From contig CACMYE010000003.1 in assembly GCA_902617825.1 (NCBI GenBank), positions 9,670 to 73,669 on the forward strand: DNA of 64,000 nucleotides, read 5' to 3'. A program made the translations under genes and the position numbers. This document shows positions 50,685-60,177 of the stretch, piece after piece (positions within the stretch are counted from its first letter, which is position 1; each line of letters starts with the position of its first letter). Below the pieces are notes generated by a model. That model ran no database searches and was not told the origin of the DNA. It was given only the letters and a program-made list of their open reading frames with translations. The stretch comes from an uncultured Pelagibacteraceae bacterium (lineage in GTDB: Bacteria; Pseudomonadota; Alphaproteobacteria; Pelagibacterales; Pelagibacteraceae).

Positions 50685-52163
50685 ATGGATAACTTAATCT
50701 TAATGATGGCTCCTCTGTTTAGTTCAAAGCTATTATTAGTCTTATTGTTTGGGACTTTATTTGGTTTAGTTTTAGGAGTTCTACCTGGTTTAGGACCTAC
50801 TACGGGAGGCGCATTAATTTTACCTTTTACTATGACTTTAGATCCATTATCTGCAATTATTTTACTAACATCAATATATTGCGCAGGAACATATGGAGGA
50901 GCCATCACGGCTGTACTCATTAATACACCTGGAACTCCAGCTGCCGCAGCTACATGTTTAGATGGGTATCCATTAGCTCAAAAAGGTGAGGCAGGCAGAG
51001 CTCTTGGAATGGCAACAGTATCTAGTACGGTTGGTGGAATATTTAGTGTTATAGTTTTAGTGTTTTTTGCACCAATACTGGCAAATCTTGCATATGAATT
51101 TGGTCAGCCTGAATATTTTGCTTTAGCAATTTTTGGTTTAACGATGCTGGCATCAATTGGAGACGGAAGTCCAATAAAAAACCTAATTGCAGGAGCATTT
51201 GGAATTCTTATTTCAACAGTTGGAAAAGATTTCATGACTTCAATAGATAGATTTACTTACGGAATTAACGAACTCTCAGTAGGTATAGGATTTATACCTG
51301 TTGTAGTTGGGTTGTTTGCAATAAGTGAAATGCTTACTCAATCAACATTACTTGATCAAGTTTTTAAAAGAGTAGCCCTGAAAGCGGTAAAACTTCCAAC
51401 TAAAGATGATTATAAAAAAACATGGAAAACAATTCTTAGATCAAGTGGAATTGGATCTTTTATAGGTGTATTACCAGCTGAAGGAGGAACAGTAGCTTCG
51501 TTGATTGGTTATTCAGAAGCTAAAAGATTTTCAAAAAATCCTGAAGAATTTGGAAAAGGTTCTGTTGAAGGAATTGCAGGAGCAGAAGCAGCAAACAATG
51601 CTGCTACAGGTGGAGCTATGGTTCCAACATTAGCTTTAGGTATCCCTGGTAGTGCAACTACTGCAGTTATACTAACAGGATTAATTATCCATGGAGTAAG
51701 ACCTGGACCAGATTTATTTAAAGAACAACCTGAATTTCTTTATGGAATTTTTGGAGCAATGTTAATAGCTAATGTTTTATTTTTTATTTTTGGTTTCTTT
51801 GGTGCAAAACTTTTTGCAAGAATTACTCTTGTACCAAACAAAATTTTATGGCCAATGATATTTGCAGTCTCAGTTTGTGGAACTTACTCACTAAGCCAAT
51901 CAATAATTGATGTATGGATAATGTTATTTTTTGGTGTACTAGGTTTTTTTATGAGACGATATGGTTTTTCAGTTGTTCCAGTAATTATTGGATTAATTTT
52001 AGGTGAACTAGTTGAAGGAACTTTGAGACAATCAATTGTAATATTTGATGGAAATTGGCTCATGTTTTTAACTAGACCCATTGCCTTAACATTCTTTGTT
52101 TTATCTTTTATTGCACTTGCTTTTCCTTTAATAAGATCCAAAAAAAATAAAAAAATTATATGA
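50685..52163 (+). CDS. tctA: TTT large membrane subunit
   Basis: G.LPGLG, INTPGT, DGYPLA..G, EAANNA, LALGIPGS. Confidence 0.93.
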   Translation: MDNLILMMAPLFSSKLLLVLLFGTLFGLVLGVLPGLGPTTGGALILPFTMTLDPLSAIILLTSIYCAGTYGGAITAVLINTPGTPAAAATCLDGYPLAQKGEAGRALGMATVSSTVGGIFSVIVLVFFAPILANLAYEFGQPEYFALAIFGLTMLASIGDGSPIKNLIAGAFGILISTVGKDFMTSIDRFTYGINELSVGIGFIPVVVGLFAISEMLTQSTLLDQVFKRVALKAVKLPTKDDYKKTWKTILRSSGIGSFIGVLPAEGGTVASLIGYSEAKRFSKNPEEFGKGSVEGIAGAEAANNAATGGAMVPTLALGIPGSATTAVILTGLIIHGVRPGPDLFKEQPEFLYGIFGAMLIANVLFFIFGFFGAKLFARITLVPNKILWPMIFAVSVCGTYSLSQSIIDVWIMLFFGVLGFFMRRYGFSVVPVIIGLILGELVEGTLRQSIVIFDGNWLMFLTRPIALTFFVLSFIALAFPLIRSKKNKKII

Positions 52164-52909
52164 TACAATTTGATTTAAAAGATAGAGTTGCAGTTGTTAC
52201 AGGAGGAGCCCAAGGGTTTGGTTTAGCAATTACACAAAGATTTATAGAGTCAGGAGCAAAAGTTGTTATTTGGGATATTGACGAAAGTGAAGCTAAAAAA
52301 GCTCTAGAAAAAATAAAGTCTAAAAATTTATCTTACCAAATAGTAGATGTCAGTGATTTCAAAAAGATTAATGAGAAATTAACTGAAACTGAGAGCATTC
52401 ATGGAAAAATAGATATTTTTATAAATAACGCTGGTGTGGCAGGCATGAATACTACAGTTGCAGAATATCCTTTAGAGGAATGGAACAAAGTAATTAATTT
52501 AAATCTAAATGCAGTTTTTTATTGTTGCAAAGCTGTTGTTCCATTTATGGAAAAAAATGACTATGGAAGAATAGTAAACATAGCATCTATTGCTGGAAAA
52601 GAAGGCAATCCAAATGCTAGCGCATACAGTACATCAAAAGCTGGGGTAATTGGTCTTACCAAATCACTTGGAAAAGAGCTAGCTCAAAAAAATATTGCAG
52701 TAAACTGTGTTACACCTGCTGCTGCAAAAACAAGGATTTTTGATCAAATGACTGAAGAACATATAAATTATATGCTTTCTAAAATTCCAAGAAATAAATT
52801 TGCAAAAGTTGAGGAATTAGCATCTTTAGTTACATGGTTATCTAGTGAAGAAAATTCTTTTTCAACAGCTGCTGTTTTTGACTTAAGTGGTGGTAGAGCC
52901 ACATATTAG
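52160..52909 (+). CDS. SDR oxidoreductase, 2-keto-3-deoxy-L-rhamnonate 4-dehydrogenase (LRA5)-like
   Basis: TGGAQGFG, NNAG, ASIAGKEGNPNASAYSTSKA, FDLSGGRATY; resembles Sphingomonas LRA5 as recalled. Confidence 0.75.
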   Translation: MIQFDLKDRVAVVTGGAQGFGLAITQRFIESGAKVVIWDIDESEAKKALEKIKSKNLSYQIVDVSDFKKINEKLTETESIHGKIDIFINNAGVAGMNTTVAEYPLEEWNKVINLNLNAVFYCCKAVVPFMEKNDYGRIVNIASIAGKEGNPNASAYSTSKAGVIGLTKSLGKELAQKNIAVNCVTPAAAKTRIFDQMTEEHINYMLSKIPRNKFAKVEELASLVTWLSSEENSFSTAAVFDLSGGRATY

Positions 52910-52911
52910 TT

Positions 52912-53814
52912 ATGCAAATAGGAATTGATGTTGGTGCAACAAAAATAGAAAGTGTTGTATTAGAAGAAAATGGCCAAGAAAAACACAGGTCAAGAACATC
53001 ATGTCCTAAAGATTATCTATCAATAGTAAATGCTATTAAAACTATTAGCCAAAAATTAGAAAAAGAATTCAAAATGGAATTACCTATTGGAGTATGTCAT
53101 CCTGGTATTCACTCTCCTCAAACAGGTTTAGTTAAAAATGCTCCAAATTGTTACTGGCTAGAAAAAAAACCATTTCAAAATGATTTACGTAAAGCTCTTG
53201 GTAAAGAGGTTTTTTGTGAAAATGATGCAAATTGTTTTGCACTATCTGAAGCAATAGATGGGTCAGGGAAACATTATAAAATAGTTTATGGTATTATTTT
53301 AGGTTCTGGCGCAGGTGGTGGCCTTGTAATCGATAAACAAATTATAAGTGGACCAAATGGTGTAGCTGGTGAGTGGGGACATAATCAAATTCCTTATTTT
53401 GCAGCCAAAAAAGAAAATTTTGACTCTAATAATTCAAGAGAGGCAGAAATAGAAAGTTTTATCTCTGGCCTAGGTTTAGCTAAAAGATTTAATAAAATTT
53501 ATGGAAAAAATTTAAAGACAAATGAGATCTTCGAGTTAAATCGCAAACATGACTTAGATGCAGAAAAATTTATAGATGACTTTAAAGTAAATTTGGCAAT
53601 GTCACTTTCAAGTATCATCAATATTTTAGACCCTGATGCATTTATATTTGGTGGCGGAGTGTCAAACGAAATTGATTTTTTAAGTGAAGTAGAGTCGATG
53701 GTAAAAAAATTTGTTATCGGTAAAGAATACCAAGGAGTTTTTTTAAAACCTAAGTTTGGTGATGCAAGTGGTGTAAGAGGTGCTGCTCGTTTAGGAAGGA
53801 ATTCAGCTAAATAA
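52912..53814 (+). CDS. ROK-family sugar kinase (Mak/fructokinase-like), no HTH
   Basis: IGIDVGATK, ENDANCFALSE, ILGSG.GGG, GEWGH, GGGVSN, GDASGVRGAA. Confidence 0.85.
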   Translation: MQIGIDVGATKIESVVLEENGQEKHRSRTSCPKDYLSIVNAIKTISQKLEKEFKMELPIGVCHPGIHSPQTGLVKNAPNCYWLEKKPFQNDLRKALGKEVFCENDANCFALSEAIDGSGKHYKIVYGIILGSGAGGGLVIDKQIISGPNGVAGEWGHNQIPYFAAKKENFDSNNSREAEIESFISGLGLAKRFNKIYGKNLKTNEIFELNRKHDLDAEKFIDDFKVNLAMSLSSIINILDPDAFIFGGGVSNEIDFLSEVESMVKKFVIGKEYQGVFLKPKFGDASGVRGAARLGRNSAK

Positions 53815-54004
53815 TATTACAACTTTAAATTGAATTATAAATTCAACAAAAAAATTTTTTCCTAAAAATACAGTTAAAAAAAACTTATAAAATAATATCA
53901 ACTTTGAGTTGTAAAAAATCTTTTTAATTTACAATTGACCTTCAATCTACCTATAGTCTTTTTTTATATAAAAAACGTTAAATAACAAAAAGGGAAGAGA
54001 AGAT

Positions 54005-55261
54005 ATGAGAAAACTATTAATCGCTTTAATAGCATTTGCATTTACATCTACTTCATCTTATGCAGCTCCAAAAATTGAGGTTTTGCACTGGTGGACATCA
54101 GGTGGTGAGGCAGCTGCTTTAAAAGTTTTAAAAGATGATTTTGCCGCTAATGGTGGTGAGTGGTTGGACATGCCTGTAACTGGTGGTGGTGGAGATGCTG
54201 CTAACGTTGCTTTAAAAGCAAGAATTGTTGCTGGTGATCCTCCATCTGCCTCACAAATTAAAGGTCCTACAATTCAAGAGTATGACCAAGAAGGTGTAGT
54301 AGCTCCATACAACATTGACTCAATTGCTCAATCTGAAGGTTGGGATAATTTATTAGATCCTATGATTGCAGCTATTCACAAATGTGAAAATAACAGCGGA
54401 CCTTATTGTGCTGCTCCAGTAAATATTCATAGAATCGACTGGATGTGGGCAAATAAAGCTGTATTTGATGCAAATGGTATTTCAGTTCCAACAACATGGG
54501 ATGAACTAAATGCTGCTGCTGAAAAATTGAAAGCTGCTGGTATTATTCCTTTTGCTCACGGTGGACAAGCTTGGCAAGATGCTACAGTTTTTGAAGCAGT
54601 TGCTATGGGTTTAGGCGGCAATAACTATTACAAAAATTGTTATGTAGATTTAAAAGAAAGCTGTTTAAGAAGTGAAACTACTGTTAAAGTTTTTGATCAA
54701 ATGAGAAAACTACAAAGTTATACTGACGAAGGTAGCCCAGGAAGAGACTGGAACGTTGCTACTGGTATGGTTATCGAAGGTAAAGCTGGTTTTCAAATCA
54801 TGGGTGACTGGGCTAAAGGAGAGTTTACAGCTGCTGGTAAAGTTCCAGGTGTAGACTACTACTGTGCTGCAACTCCTTCAAACAACGGTTATTTATATAA
54901 CGTAGATAGCTTTATTTTTTATAAATCTAGTGATCCAGACAAACAAGCTGGCCAACAATTATTGGCAAAACTAATGATGGGTAAAAACTTTCAAAAAGTT
55001 TTCAACTTATACAAAGGTTCAATACCAGCTCGTCTAGACGTATCAATGGATGAATTTGATAAGTGTGCAAAAACATCTAATGCAGATATCAAAACTGCAG
55101 GTGCAAAAGGTGGACTTGTTCCAAGTTTTGCTCATGGTATGGCTCAAGGAAATACTATGAAAGCTGCTCTACAAGATATTATCACAGAACACTTTAACTC
55201 TGATATGTCTTCAGTAGATGCTGCTAATGCTTTAGCTGACTCAGTTTTAGCAAATATGTAA
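54005..55261 (+). CDS. gtsA: Glucose-type ABC (CUT1) binding protein
   Basis: EVLHWWTSGGEA, PVNIHR, AHGGQAWQ, QIMGDWAKGE, KGSIPAR. Confidence 0.85.
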   Translation: MRKLLIALIAFAFTSTSSYAAPKIEVLHWWTSGGEAAALKVLKDDFAANGGEWLDMPVTGGGGDAANVALKARIVAGDPPSASQIKGPTIQEYDQEGVVAPYNIDSIAQSEGWDNLLDPMIAAIHKCENNSGPYCAAPVNIHRIDWMWANKAVFDANGISVPTTWDELNAAAEKLKAAGIIPFAHGGQAWQDATVFEAVAMGLGGNNYYKNCYVDLKESCLRSETTVKVFDQMRKLQSYTDEGSPGRDWNVATGMVIEGKAGFQIMGDWAKGEFTAAGKVPGVDYYCAATPSNNGYLYNVDSFIFYKSSDPDKQAGQQLLAKLMMGKNFQKVFNLYKGSIPARLDVSMDEFDKCAKTSNADIKTAGAKGGLVPSFAHGMAQGNTMKAALQDIITEHFNSDMSSVDAANALADSVLANM

Positions 55262-55273
55262 AAATACAAAATT

Positions 55274-55309
55274 AAAAAGGCCACTTTTGATTAAGTGGCC
55301 TTTTTTTTT
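55274..55309 (+). terminator. Terminator/attenuator hairpin after the binding-protein gene
   Basis: AAAAAGGCCACTT-TTGATT-AAGTGGCCTTTTTTTTT. Confidence 0.88.
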
Positions 55310-55330
55310 AAATCAAAATTAAATATTTTA

Positions 55331-56206
55331 ATGTTCAAGTGGCTAGAAAAAAATTTACCTAAAATCGTAATGGCTCCTGCAGTTGGGCTTATTGGATGGT
55401 TTGTTTATGGTTTTGTGCTTTGGACTTTATATATATCTTTTACAAATTCAAAAATATTACCTAAATATGAATTATGGGGTTTTGGACAATATGAAAAGTT
55501 ATGGGCATCAAGAAAGTGGCTCATTTCAGTTGATAATTTATTAGTATTCACTGCATTATTTTTAATATTTTGCATCGTTATAGGAATAATTTTAGCTATT
55601 TTTCTAGATCAAAAAATTAGAGCTGAAGGTGTATTAAGGACAATTTATTTATACCCAATGGCTTTGTCTTTTATTGTTACGGGAACTGCTTGGAAATGGA
55701 TTTTAAACCCTACACTTGGTATCCAAAAAATGTTCATTGATTGGGGATTTGAAAATTTTACATTTGACTGGCTAGTTAATCGAGAAATGGCCATTTACAC
55801 CATTGTTATTGCGGGTGTTTGGCAATCTGCCGGTTTTGTAATGGCTTTATTTTTGGCGGGTTTAAGATCTGTTGAGGATGAAATAGTTAAAGCCGCTAAA
55901 ATTGATGGTGCTGGTTTATTTACTGTTTATTGGAAGATATTACTTCCTATGATGAGGCCAGTATTTTTCACTAGCTTTGTAATTTTAGTTCATATATCGA
56001 TTAAAAGTTATGACCTTATAGTTGCCTTAACACAAGGTGGACCAGGTATATCAACCACTATGCCAGCTTTGTTTATGACACAGGCTGCATTTCATAAAAG
56101 TCAAGTAGGATTGTCTGCAGCGAGTGCAATGATGATGTTCATGGCGGTAGCAGCTGTAATAATTCCTTATCTATATTCCGAACTAAGGAGAGAAAATGCA
56201 AGATAA
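55331..56206 (+). CDS. gtsB: Sugar ABC permease
   Basis: LDQKIRAEG.LRTIYLYPMALS, EAA loop; ATG 55331 preferred because the track's GTG 55295 lies in the hairpin. Confidence 0.85.
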   Translation: MFKWLEKNLPKIVMAPAVGLIGWFVYGFVLWTLYISFTNSKILPKYELWGFGQYEKLWASRKWLISVDNLLVFTALFLIFCIVIGIILAIFLDQKIRAEGVLRTIYLYPMALSFIVTGTAWKWILNPTLGIQKMFIDWGFENFTFDWLVNREMAIYTIVIAGVWQSAGFVMALFLAGLRSVEDEIVKAAKIDGAGLFTVYWKILLPMMRPVFFTSFVILVHISIKSYDLIVALTQGGPGISTTMPALFMTQAAFHKSQVGLSAASAMMMFMAVAAVIIPYLYSELRRENAR

Positions 56207-57101
56207 TCTTCAATCATCCTCTTATAAACAATTAGAGCAAAAATCTAAATATACAAATATGTTTTTGAGGTGGTTTTTGTATTTCGTTTTAATTCTTTTT
56301 GCTTCGTATTTTATCTTTCCGCTTTATGTAATGGTTGTCACTTCTCTTAAAACAATGGAGGAAATTCGACAAGGAACACTTTTAACCTGGCCTAGTTCGT
56401 TAAATTTTGACTCATGGTTAGTTGCTTGGGGTGGAAGAGGTTATGGAGCAGGAGACACTTTTTTAAGACCCTATTTTTGGAATTCAATTAAGATGGTAGT
56501 GCCAGCAGTGTTTTTTTCGACATTTATAGGAGCAATGACTGGTTATGTTTTAACTAAATGGAGATTTAAAGGAGATCAGTGGGTTTTTCTTTTTTTATTA
56601 TTTGGATGTTTTATCCCTTTTCAAGCAATATTACTTCCTATGGCTAGAACCTTGGGAACTTTAGGAATATCAAATTCAGTTGTAGGACTTGTTTTAGTTC
56701 ACACAGTTTATGGAATTCCATTCACCACTTTATTTTTTAGAAATTATTATATTTCTGTACCAACTGAATTAGTGAAAGCTGCAAGAATAGATGGGGCAGG
56801 TTTTTTTAAAATATTTTTTAAAATTTTACTACCTATTTCAGCACCAATTATAGTTGTAACAGTTATCTGGCAATTCACCCAAATTTGGAATGACTTTTTG
56901 TTTGGATCAACTTTTTCATTTGGTGAGGCTGCACCAATTCAAGTTGCTTTAAATAATATGGTTTTATCAAGTACAAGTGTTAAAGAGTATAATGTTGATA
57001 TGGCCTCAGCTATAATAGCAGGTATTCCTACACTTATCGTATACGTTTTAGCAGGAAAATATTTTATTAGAGGATTAACTTCAGGAGCTGTGAAAGGATA
57101 A
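56196..57101 (+). CDS. gtsC: Sugar ABC permease
   Basis: FIPFQ, ELVKAARIDGA, QFTQIWNDFLFG, GAVKG. Confidence 0.85.
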   Translation: MQDNLQSSSYKQLEQKSKYTNMFLRWFLYFVLILFASYFIFPLYVMVVTSLKTMEEIRQGTLLTWPSSLNFDSWLVAWGGRGYGAGDTFLRPYFWNSIKMVVPAVFFSTFIGAMTGYVLTKWRFKGDQWVFLFLLFGCFIPFQAILLPMARTLGTLGISNSVVGLVLVHTVYGIPFTTLFFRNYYISVPTELVKAARIDGAGFFKIFFKILLPISAPIIVVTVIWQFTQIWNDFLFGSTFSFGEAAPIQVALNNMVLSSTSVKEYNVDMASAIIAGIPTLIVYVLAGKYFIRGLTSGAVKG

Positions 57102-57103
57102 GC

Positions 57104-58198
57104 ATGAAAACTTTAAAAATTGAAGAACTATCAAAAAATTTTGGAACAACAGAGGTATTAAGAAAAATTAATTTAGAAATTGATGAAGGAAATTTTTTGG
57201 TTCTATTAGGACCCTCTGGATGTGGAAAGTCAACTTTATTGAATATTATTGCGGGCTTAGAGACAATCAATGAAGGAAATGTTTTTATAGATGATTATAA
57301 TGTCAGTAAAGTAGAGCCAAAAGACAGAAATATTGCGATGGTTTTTCAATCTTATGCACTTTATCCTTCAATGAATGTTAAAGAAAATATGATTTTTGGC
57401 CTTAAACAAGCCAAAACTTCAAAAGAAAAAATAGAAGAACAATTACAAAAAGTTTCAACATTTTTACAAGTAGACAAATTATTAGAGAGAAAACCATCCC
57501 AGTTGTCTGGGGGTCAAAGGCAGAGAGTTGCTATTGGAAGAGCTTTGGTAAGAGAGCCAAGAATTTTTCTTTTTGACGAACCATTATCTAATCTGGATGC
57601 AAAATTAAGAGTAGAAATGAGAAGAGAAATAAAAAAACTTCATCAACAACTAAAAACTACAGTAGTTTATGTTACTCACGACCAGACAGAAGCTATGAGT
57701 TTAGGGACAAAAATTGCTATAATGAACCATGGAGTAATTCAGCAAAATGATACTCCAGAAATCATTTACAACAAACCTAGCAATACTTTTGTGGCAGATT
57801 TTATTGGTTCTCCTTCGATGAATTTAATTAAAGGTAAAATAATCCACAATTCAAATAATATTTCTTTTATTGCTGAAGGGTCTACTTTTGAGGTTCCAAT
57901 CAATAATTATGACTTCAAAGAGAAGTCAGATTTAAATAATAAAGAAATATATTTTGGAATTAGACCAGAGCATATTTATTTCAAAAAATTAAATGAAGAC
58001 GACTTTGATATTAATCTACGAGCTGATTTGAGTGAGTATATTGGACATGAACAAATAGTCACATTAGACTATTCAAATCAAGAAATTCTAGCAAAGTTCC
58101 CATCTACAATTAAGATTGAGCTTGAAAAAGAAATGAAATTATATTTTGATCTAAAACATACATCTTTATTTGATTTTAATACAAAGGAAAGACTTTAA
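57104..58198 (+). CDS. MalK-type sugar ABC ATPase
   Basis: GPSGCGKST, FQSYALYP, LSGGQRQR, DEPLSNLDAKLR, GIRPEH. Confidence 0.93.
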   Translation: MKTLKIEELSKNFGTTEVLRKINLEIDEGNFLVLLGPSGCGKSTLLNIIAGLETINEGNVFIDDYNVSKVEPKDRNIAMVFQSYALYPSMNVKENMIFGLKQAKTSKEKIEEQLQKVSTFLQVDKLLERKPSQLSGGQRQRVAIGRALVREPRIFLFDEPLSNLDAKLRVEMRREIKKLHQQLKTTVVYVTHDQTEAMSLGTKIAIMNHGVIQQNDTPEIIYNKPSNTFVADFIGSPSMNLIKGKIIHNSNNISFIAEGSTFEVPINNYDFKEKSDLNNKEIYFGIRPEHIYFKKLNEDDFDINLRADLSEYIGHEQIVTLDYSNQEILAKFPSTIKIELEKEMKLYFDLKHTSLFDFNTKERL

Positions 58199-58200
58199 TT

Positions 58201-58962
58201 ATGAAAGTAACATATTCAGATTTAAAAAATAAAAGAGTATTTATTTCAGGAGGTGGTTCAGGGATAGGAGCTACTATTGTCGAATATTTTTGTGAACAAA
58301 AAAGTGAAGTTTACTTCATAGACATTGACCTTAAATCATCCAATAAATTAATTAAAAAGATAAAAAAAAAGGGTTTTAGAGTTCCTAAATTCATTGAATG
58401 TAATATTTTGGATGTTAAAAAATTACAAAATATTATTAAAGATATCATTTCCAAAAAAGGCGCAATTCATTGTCTAATTAATAGTGCTGCAAATGATGAC
58501 AGACACACCACAGAACAAGTTGATGAGAAGTATTGGGAAAATAGAATGGGAATTAATTTAAAACATTATTTTTTTGCTGCACAAGCAGTTGTAAAAGGTA
58601 TGAAAAAAATAAAATCGGGATCAATTGTTAATCTAAGTTCAGTATCATGGGTGTTAGGAGAAGGGGATAAAGTTGTTTATGAAACAGCAAAATCAGCTGT
58701 TGTCGGTTTAACTAGATCTTTCGCTCAAGAATTTGGGAAATACAATATTAGAACCAATTCTGTCATACCAGGCTCAATTGCCACTGAAAGACAGATAAAA
58801 CACTGGCTTACACCTAAATATAAAAAACTTATATTAGATAGTCAGGCAATTAAAAGACAACTTAAACCAGATGATGTAGCTAGCTTAGTATTATTTTTAT
58901 CATCTGATCAATCATCAGGGTGTACAAAGCAAAGTTTTGTTGTTGATGGTGGAATAACTTAA
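58201..58962 (+). CDS. SDR aldose 1-dehydrogenase (Caulobacter XylB-like)
   Basis: Y.DL..KRV..SGGGSGIG, ANDDRH, YETAK, PG...TERQ. Confidence 0.8.
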   Translation: MKVTYSDLKNKRVFISGGGSGIGATIVEYFCEQKSEVYFIDIDLKSSNKLIKKIKKKGFRVPKFIECNILDVKKLQNIIKDIISKKGAIHCLINSAANDDRHTTEQVDEKYWENRMGINLKHYFFAAQAVVKGMKKIKSGSIVNLSSVSWVLGEGDKVVYETAKSAVVGLTRSFAQEFGKYNIRTNSVIPGSIATERQIKHWLTPKYKKLILDSQAIKRQLKPDDVASLVLFLSSDQSSGCTKQSFVVDGGIT

Positions 58963-59007
58963 TCCTAAGTAACAAACAAATTTTTATTAATTTATAAAAA
59001 TTAAAAT

Positions 59008-60072
59008 TTAAAGATTTGATAATATAGATTTAGAACATTCAATAGTATTGCTTTCACCGCCTAAATCCTTAGTTCTATTTTTTTCATTTTTTAATGATTT
59101 TTCAATAGCTGTTACAATTGAATTTGCAGCTTCTTTTTCCCCCAAATAATCTAACATCATTGCACCAGACCAAATTTGTCCAACTGGATTAGCAACTCCT
59201 TTTCCAGCTATATCAGGTGCAGAACCATGTACCGGCTCAAACAATGACGGGTATTTATTTTCTGGATTAATATTACCTGATGGAGCAATTCCAATAGTTC
59301 CAGTACAAGCCGGTCCGAGATCAGACAAAATATCTCCAAATAGGTTTGAGGCCACAACTACATCAAACCACTCAGGGTTTAAAACAAATCTTGCTACCAA
59401 AATATCTATGTGAAATTGATCAGTGTTAATTTCAGGATAATTTTTTTTCATTTTTTCAAAACGTTCATCCCAAAATGGCATGGTGATTGAAATACCATTT
59501 GATTTTGTTGCATTTGTTAATTTTTTTCTTTTTCTTATTTTTGCTAATTCAAAAGCAAATTTTTGAACTCTGTCAATTCCATGAGCTGACATAATTGTTT
59601 CTTGAATAGCTATTTCACGATCTGTATTTTTATACATTCTTCCACCAACAGATGAATATTCTCCTTCAGTGTTCTCTCTAACAATCATCATGTCAATATC
59701 TCCAGGTTTTTTATTAGCCAATGGAGAGTTAACACCTGGAAAAAGTTTAACTGGCCTTAGATTTATGTATTGATCAAATTCTCTTCTAAATTGCAGTAGT
59801 GATCCCCATAATGAAATATGATCAGGAACTTGATCAGGCATACCAACTGCACCAAAAAAAATAGCATTGTGTTTACTTAATTTTTCTTTCCAATCATCAG
59901 GTAACATTTTTCCGTGCTTTTCATAATAATCACATGATGCGAAATCATATTCAGTAAAATTAATTTTGAATTGATGTTTCAGGGCTACCTCTTTTAAAAT
60001 TTTAAGACCCTCTGGGACAACTTCTTTACCTATGCCATCTCCTGGTATGGCTGCAATATTATATTCTTTCAT
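59008..60072 (-). CDS. ttuC: Tartrate dehydrogenase/D-malate dehydrogenase (decarboxylating)
   Basis: IPGDGIGKEV, PDHISLWG, RENTEGEYS, TKSNGI, NLFGDILSD, EPVHGSAPDI. Confidence 0.88.
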   Translation of the reverse strand: MKEYNIAAIPGDGIGKEVVPEGLKILKEVALKHQFKINFTEYDFASCDYYEKHGKMLPDDWKEKLSKHNAIFFGAVGMPDQVPDHISLWGSLLQFRREFDQYINLRPVKLFPGVNSPLANKKPGDIDMMIVRENTEGEYSSVGGRMYKNTDREIAIQETIMSAHGIDRVQKFAFELAKIRKRKKLTNATKSNGISITMPFWDERFEKMKKNYPEINTDQFHIDILVARFVLNPEWFDVVVASNLFGDILSDLGPACTGTIGIAPSGNINPENKYPSLFEPVHGSAPDIAGKGVANPVGQIWSGAMMLDYLGEKEAANSIVTAIEKSLKNEKNRTKDLGGESNTIECSKSILSNL

Positions 60073-60177
60073 AAATGTAGGTTTATACGTTAAATATTTG
60101 TTAAATAATATTGTTAAATTATCCTTAAAATTTTAATCATCCATTGTTTTGACATATTTAATTTGTTAACTTTAAAT

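Noticed and set aside
32240-60100. Island as an integrative mobile element or prophage
   Set aside because: No integrase, transposase, phage gene, tRNA or flanking direct repeat seen; composition looks similar to the flanks by eye
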